DNA of 38,856 nucleotides, taken from IMG/VR virus record IMGVR_UViG_3300035433_000019, positions 1-38,856 of that record. One strand, written 5' to 3'. Source of the DNA: a virus. Lineage: Duplodnaviria > Caudoviricetes. Position 1 is the first letter of the stretch, and the number at the start of each line of letters is the position of its first letter. Positions 35,000-38,856 of the stretch are shown piece after piece. A program made the position numbers and the translations under genes. The notes under the pieces are model-generated. The model searched no databases. It saw nothing but the letters and a program-made list of their open reading frames with translations, and was not told where the DNA came from.

Positions 35000-36189
35000 G
35001 CGATGAGCTGAAAGGCATCTGGACCGCGAAGGGATTGGAAAAGCTGGCGGCGGCCTACGCCGGGGGCGCGCCCCTGGTGCTGCGGCAGATTGCCGTGGGC
35101 GACGGCGGGGGCAGCGTGCCCGCACCCGCGCCCAGTTGGACCGGCCTTGCGGCAGAGAAGTGGCGCGGCAACGTCAACGCCGTCATGGTCAACCCCGACG
35201 CCCCCACCGAGGTGGTGGCCGACGTGGTGCTGCCCTTCAACGTGGGCGGGTTCTTCATCCGCGAATGGGGCCTGTTCGACGAGGCTGGCGACATGGTGGC
35301 CGTGGGGCCGCACGCGGAAACCTACAAGCCGCTGATAGCCGAGGGCACGGCGGTGGAAGTGACCGAACGCATCCGCCTGCCGCTGACCAATTCCGCCGCC
35401 GTGACCCTGACCATCGCCAGCGCGGCCATGGCCACCCAGCAGTACGTGCGCCAGTACGTGACGCAAGTGGTGGAGGGGCATGATGCGGCTGCCGACGCGC
35501 ACGCCGGGCGGCTGGATGCGTTGGCGGAGGCGCTGGCCACCCACGGGCATGCCTATGCCACGGAGGAAACGCCGGGATTCGTGCGTCGGGCCACGGACGA
35601 GGAGGTCGAGGCGAGAACCGGCAACGGGTATGTTTCGCCGTCCCAGTTGGGCGAGGCGCTGGAATCTGTCGATGTGGCGGCAGCCATGCGCGACATGCTG
35701 GCCGGTGACATCGTGATGTGGGGGAACGAGGCCATCCCCGTGCTGGCCGACGGATTGCCCAAGGGGCTGGAACTGAATGGCGACGTGGTGTCGCTGGAAA
35801 CATTCCCCCGCCTGCTGCGCAAGTGGTGCGGCGCGACGACAAACGCCACGGCCGAGGCGTTCTACCGTTGCACGGATGCCGGGGTGCGGGACGTGGCGGG
35901 AACCCACATTCGCCTGCTGGACATGCGTGGCGTCGCACCGCGCGGGTGGGACCATGGCCGGGGGCTGGATGCCGACCGCGTGCTGGGCAGCTTTCAGGCC
36001 GACGAATTCGCCAGCCACGTGCACACCCAAAGCCGGAACAGTGCCAGCGGCTCTCTGGGCAACAAAGGTTGCCAAGGCACGGACACGAACAACAACGGCT
36101 ACAGCTCGGGATCCAACGGCACGGGTGCCACCGGCGGCACCGAAACCCGCATGAAGAACGCCGCCGTCATGTTCATCATCTACGTCTAG
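34996..36189 (+). CDS. tail fibre protein
   Basis: ATG 34996; N-terminal IAVGDGGG, GGFFIREWGLFD, YKP; collar-like DMRGVAPRGWDHGRGLDADRVLGSFQ; ETRMKNAA end. Confidence 0.92.
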   Translation: MSDELKGIWTAKGLEKLAAAYAGGAPLVLRQIAVGDGGGSVPAPAPSWTGLAAEKWRGNVNAVMVNPDAPTEVVADVVLPFNVGGFFIREWGLFDEAGDMVAVGPHAETYKPLIAEGTAVEVTERIRLPLTNSAAVTLTIASAAMATQQYVRQYVTQVVEGHDAAADAHAGRLDALAEALATHGHAYATEETPGFVRRATDEEVEARTGNGYVSPSQLGEALESVDVAAAMRDMLAGDIVMWGNEAIPVLADGLPKGLELNGDVVSLETFPRLLRKWCGATTNATAEAFYRCTDAGVRDVAGTHIRLLDMRGVAPRGWDHGRGLDADRVLGSFQADEFASHVHTQSRNSASGSLGNKGCQGTDTNNNGYSSGSNGTGATGGTETRMKNAAVMFIIYV

Positions 36190-36199
36190 GGAGCAACAC

Positions 36200-36763
36200 A
36201 TGCCCACCATCCATATCCATGACAGGCAGACGCGCGAGTACCTGCGCACCGAGGACTGGACGCAACCCGCGCCGTGGGTGGCGCTTCCGGCCGATGCCGT
36301 GGCCGCCGAGGCCGTGCCGTTGCCCCCCCCGCGCGCGGGGTTTGCGCGCGTGCTGACCATCACGGGCGACGCATGGGAGTACGTCGAGGACCACCGGGGC
36401 AAGCAGGGCTGGCGGGATGATGGCACACCGCAGGTTGTGGAAACGCTGGGGCCGCTGCCGGACGGCTGGAGCGGCACCGCGCCCGTGCCCGCGCTGGAGG
36501 AAGTTCACGCCGCCAAGCAGGCCGAGATCCGCGCGGGGTATGATACGGCCCTCGCGGGCGTGCTGGCCGGGGCGGAAGCGACCGCCACCGGAGTGGCCGT
36601 TGGCTCGGCCCTGATGGCCGTCACGGATCCCGACGGACTGGAATATCTGGTGGAGCGGCTGACCGCGCGCCGGGTGGAACTGGAACAGGGGCTGGCGGCC
36701 GCGCAGGCCGGTGAGGAACCCGTAGCCGCCGTGCAGGCCATCGTGGTGAGTTACCCCACGTAG
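36200..36763 (+). CDS. tail fibre assembly protein
   Basis: TREYL, WEYVEDHRG, LGPLPDGW motifs of the Tfa family. Confidence 0.85.
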   Translation: MPTIHIHDRQTREYLRTEDWTQPAPWVALPADAVAAEAVPLPPPRAGFARVLTITGDAWEYVEDHRGKQGWRDDGTPQVVETLGPLPDGWSGTAPVPALEEVHAAKQAEIRAGYDTALAGVLAGAEATATGVAVGSALMAVTDPDGLEYLVERLTARRVELEQGLAAAQAGEEPVAAVQAIVVSYPT

Positions 36764-37047
36764 CGCGGCCCCCGGTAGGACGGGCTCGTTCACTGACAAT
36801 CGAATAGGGACGGAAAGGAAAGGCCCGGTCGCGTCAGCTGCAAGAGGCGGCGCGACCGGGCACGAAGCCGAGAGGAACAGGCGGGGGCGTTGGCGCGCCC
36901 CCACTGGACCGGCGCAGGCACGCCGGGCCACGGCCCCCGGAGGGTAGCAGCCCGCCGGTTCGTTCCGCTGCTCCATGGCCCCTCGTCCGAAAGACAAGGG
37001 GGCCACGGTTGTAGCAGGCACGAATGGCCATCACCACCAGGCACGAC

Positions 37048-37233
37048 ATGACGGGACACACGCAACGGGAAGTGCGCTGCGGCAACTGCCGCCGCCTGCT
37101 GGCCAAGGGAGAGGCCATCGACCTCACCATCAAATGCCCGCGCTGCGGGTGCATGAACCACGTGAGGGGCACGACCCCCGGCACGGAAGGCCAGCGAGCC
37201 TCGAAGGAGACTTCGCATGGACCGACCGATTGA
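37048..37233 (+). CDS. com: Com-family zinc-finger translational regulator
   Basis: EVRCGNCRRLLAK...IKCPRCGCMN; overlaps the downstream methyltransferase as in Mu com-mom. Confidence 0.9.
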   Translation: MTGHTQREVRCGNCRRLLAKGEAIDLTIKCPRCGCMNHVRGTTPGTEGQRASKETSHGPTD

Positions 37234-37978
37234 ACGCATTGGCGACGTGGCCACCATCATCCAGGGCGACGCCCTGACCGTGCTGCGGGAACTGCCCGGC
37301 AAAAGCGTGGATGCCGTGGTCACTGACCCGCCGTATTCCAGCGGTGGGATGACCCTGACGGCCAAGCAGGCCGACCCGGCGACCAAGTACCAGACCAGTG
37401 GCACAAAACGCAGCTACCCGGCCATGCTGGGCGACAACAAGGACCAGCGCAGCTTCACCACGTGGGCCACCCTCTGGCTGACCGAATGCTGGCGCATGGC
37501 CCGCGACGGTGCGCCGCTGCTGGTCTTCACGGACTGGCGGCAACTTCCGTCCACCACCGACGCGGTGCAGGCCGCCGGGTGGCTTTGGCGAGGGCTGGTG
37601 GTCTGGCACAAGCCGTCCGCCCGGCCCCTGCTGGGGGAATTCCGACGTGATGCCGAATTCCTCGTTTATGCGGTGAAGCGCAAGGCCAACCCGGCCACGC
37701 GCAACTGCCTGCCGGGCGTGTTGCGGCATGGCGTGAACCCGGCAGAGAAAGTCCACCTGACCGGCAAGCCCGTGGCCCTGCTGCGTGACCTGCTGGCCGT
37801 GACGCAGCCCGGCGGCCTTGTGCTCGACCCGTTCACCGGGGGCGGCACCACCGGCATGGCCTGCATGGAGACGGGGCGGCGCTTCCTCGGCATCGAGTTG
37901 TCGCCAGAGTACCACCGCATCGCTGCCGACCGCATCGCGGCGGCCCACCGCGACGCACTGGCCACGGAAACGCGCTGA
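37217..37978 (+). CDS. DNA amino-methyltransferase (N6A/N4C, beta class)
   Basis: VTDPPY motif IV precedes LDPFTGGGTT motif I; HLTGKP; FLGIEL. Confidence 0.93.
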   Translation: MDRPIERIGDVATIIQGDALTVLRELPGKSVDAVVTDPPYSSGGMTLTAKQADPATKYQTSGTKRSYPAMLGDNKDQRSFTTWATLWLTECWRMARDGAPLLVFTDWRQLPSTTDAVQAAGWLWRGLVVWHKPSARPLLGEFRRDAEFLVYAVKRKANPATRNCLPGVLRHGVNPAEKVHLTGKPVALLRDLLAVTQPGGLVLDPFTGGGTTGMACMETGRRFLGIELSPEYHRIAADRIAAAHRDALATETR

Positions 37979-37996
37979 CCATGGGATAAAACGCAA

Positions 37997-38028
37997 AGCC
38001 CCCGGCAGGGGAGAACCTGCCGGGGGCT
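37997..38028 (-). terminator. intrinsic terminator between convergent genes
   Basis: AGCCCCCGGCAGG-ggagaa-CCTGCCGGGGGCT 13-bp stem, T-rich tail on minus strand. Confidence 0.8.
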
Positions 38029-38055
38029 ACCGGGCGAATGGATTGGAAGAGAAAG

Positions 38056-38856
38056 CTACCGCGCGGGGCCGGTGGACGGAACGGTCGCAAGCTGGTCCGG
38101 TGAAAGGGGCACCGGTTCCGCCAGAACGGCTGCGAGGGTCACTTCGCGGACGGATATCCCCATGCGCTTGGCAATGGCGGCGCTTAACGCATCTTCGTCG
38201 GTAAAGCCGTCCTTCTGGTAGTGGCCGCGCATCTCGGCCCACATGCTGGCCATCTCGCGTTCCTGCGTCGTAAGGCCCCGATTGCCCCCCACAACGCTCC
38301 ATATCTTGCCGGTTTCGCCGCCAGCGCCCTTGCCGTCCGGCGAATATTCCGCCCGCGCAAGCTGGGTTGCGGCATGTGGCCGCCGGTCGGCCTGCGATTC
38401 CAGAATGACCTGAACGAGGGCGGCCCCGCCCGTCTCAGCGTAGTGCTTGGCGGCGGCAATGACCGTGGCCGCCATGTTCTGTCGCGAAAGCTCGGACTGG
38501 TCGGCATCCGCAGGCACGATGCGATACCGCCAGCGCTTGCGGGATCCGCCGGACATGTCCTCTGACGACACCAGCATGTACGGCACAGGAGCAGGAAGCG
38601 CCGCCACAACACTGGCCGGTGCCGAAGATACGGGGGCGGATGCAACGCTATGCGACGATGCCGGGATAGGCGACGGCTGCGGCGGTGCATCGATACCCAT
38701 CGACAGCACGGCCATCAATCCGAAATACACCAGAAACGCCTTCACGCGCGTGGGCTTGCCCCACCGCATGACCCACGCAGGCTTGAATAGTCCCACCAGC
38801 GCGGCAAACATCGCCGCCCCGGCCAACAGTGTGAATACGGCAGACACAGCGGACAT
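38056..38856 (-). CDS. membrane-anchored hypothetical protein (two N-terminal TMs, Pro/Ser linker, soluble domain)
   Basis: 266 aa; LVGLFKP..RWGKPTRVKAFLVYFG N-terminus; begins at the window edge. Confidence 0.7.
   Translation of the reverse strand: MSAVSAVFTLLAGAAMFAALVGLFKPAWVMRWGKPTRVKAFLVYFGLMAVLSMGIDAPPQPSPIPASSHSVASAPVSSAPASVVAALPAPVPYMLVSSEDMSGGSRKRWRYRIVPADADQSELSRQNMAATVIAAAKHYAETGGAALVQVILESQADRRPHAATQLARAEYSPDGKGAGGETGKIWSVVGGNRGLTTQEREMASMWAEMRGHYQKDGFTDEDALSAAIAKRMGISVREVTLAAVLAEPVPLSPDQLATVPSTGPAR

Larger units (their letters stand above)
1..38856 (+). mobile_element. Mu-like transposable prophage (contractile tail), near complete; repressor and ends not seen in window
   Basis: Transposase + AAA ATPase + gam + gemA early block, then lysis, head, tail, baseplate, fibre and com/methyltransferase in Mu-like order, tightly coupled with many ATGA/TGATG overlaps. 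Confidence 0.97.

Noticed and set aside
34996-37047. Invertible tail-fibre segment (gin) or diversity-generating retroelement
   Set aside because: Single fibre and chaperone pair; no invertase, inverted second fibre, reverse transcriptase or template repeat seen

Overview
The window is almost entirely a GC-rich Mu-like (transposable) prophage with a contractile tail; its gene set and repeats suggest a Desulfovibrio-type deltaproteobacterial host (inference). Neither the repressor nor the phage ends are visible. Gene order on the + strand: early regulators, MuA-type DDE transposase, MuB-type AAA ATPase, gam, gemA, HTH regulators, lysis cassette (holin, lytic transglycosylase, overlapping spanins), terminase, portal, MuF head protein with a C-terminal nuclease-like extension, protease/scaffold, decoration and major capsid proteins, neck, sheath/tube, tail chaperone with a -1 frameshift, tape measure, baseplate, fibre, then com plus a DNA methyltransferase in the mom position. 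Four AT-rich or antisense accessory inserts interrupt the backbone: an ApeA-like HEPN gene; two membrane-protein genes between terL and portal; a HEPN plus C-terminal-TM gene pair; and a 59-aa antisense ORF. Main non-coding observations: a complete type II hammerhead ribozyme with pseudoknot (5290-5361); a probable convergent structured small RNA directly behind the MuF-nuclease gene; a 113-bp duplication of the portal promoter/RBS/5' end flanking a moron; a repeated late-promoter-like motif coupled to SD-occluding hairpins; and covarying palindromic elements, some read in frame at gene starts. Protein family calls come from motif recognition and synteny, not database searches.
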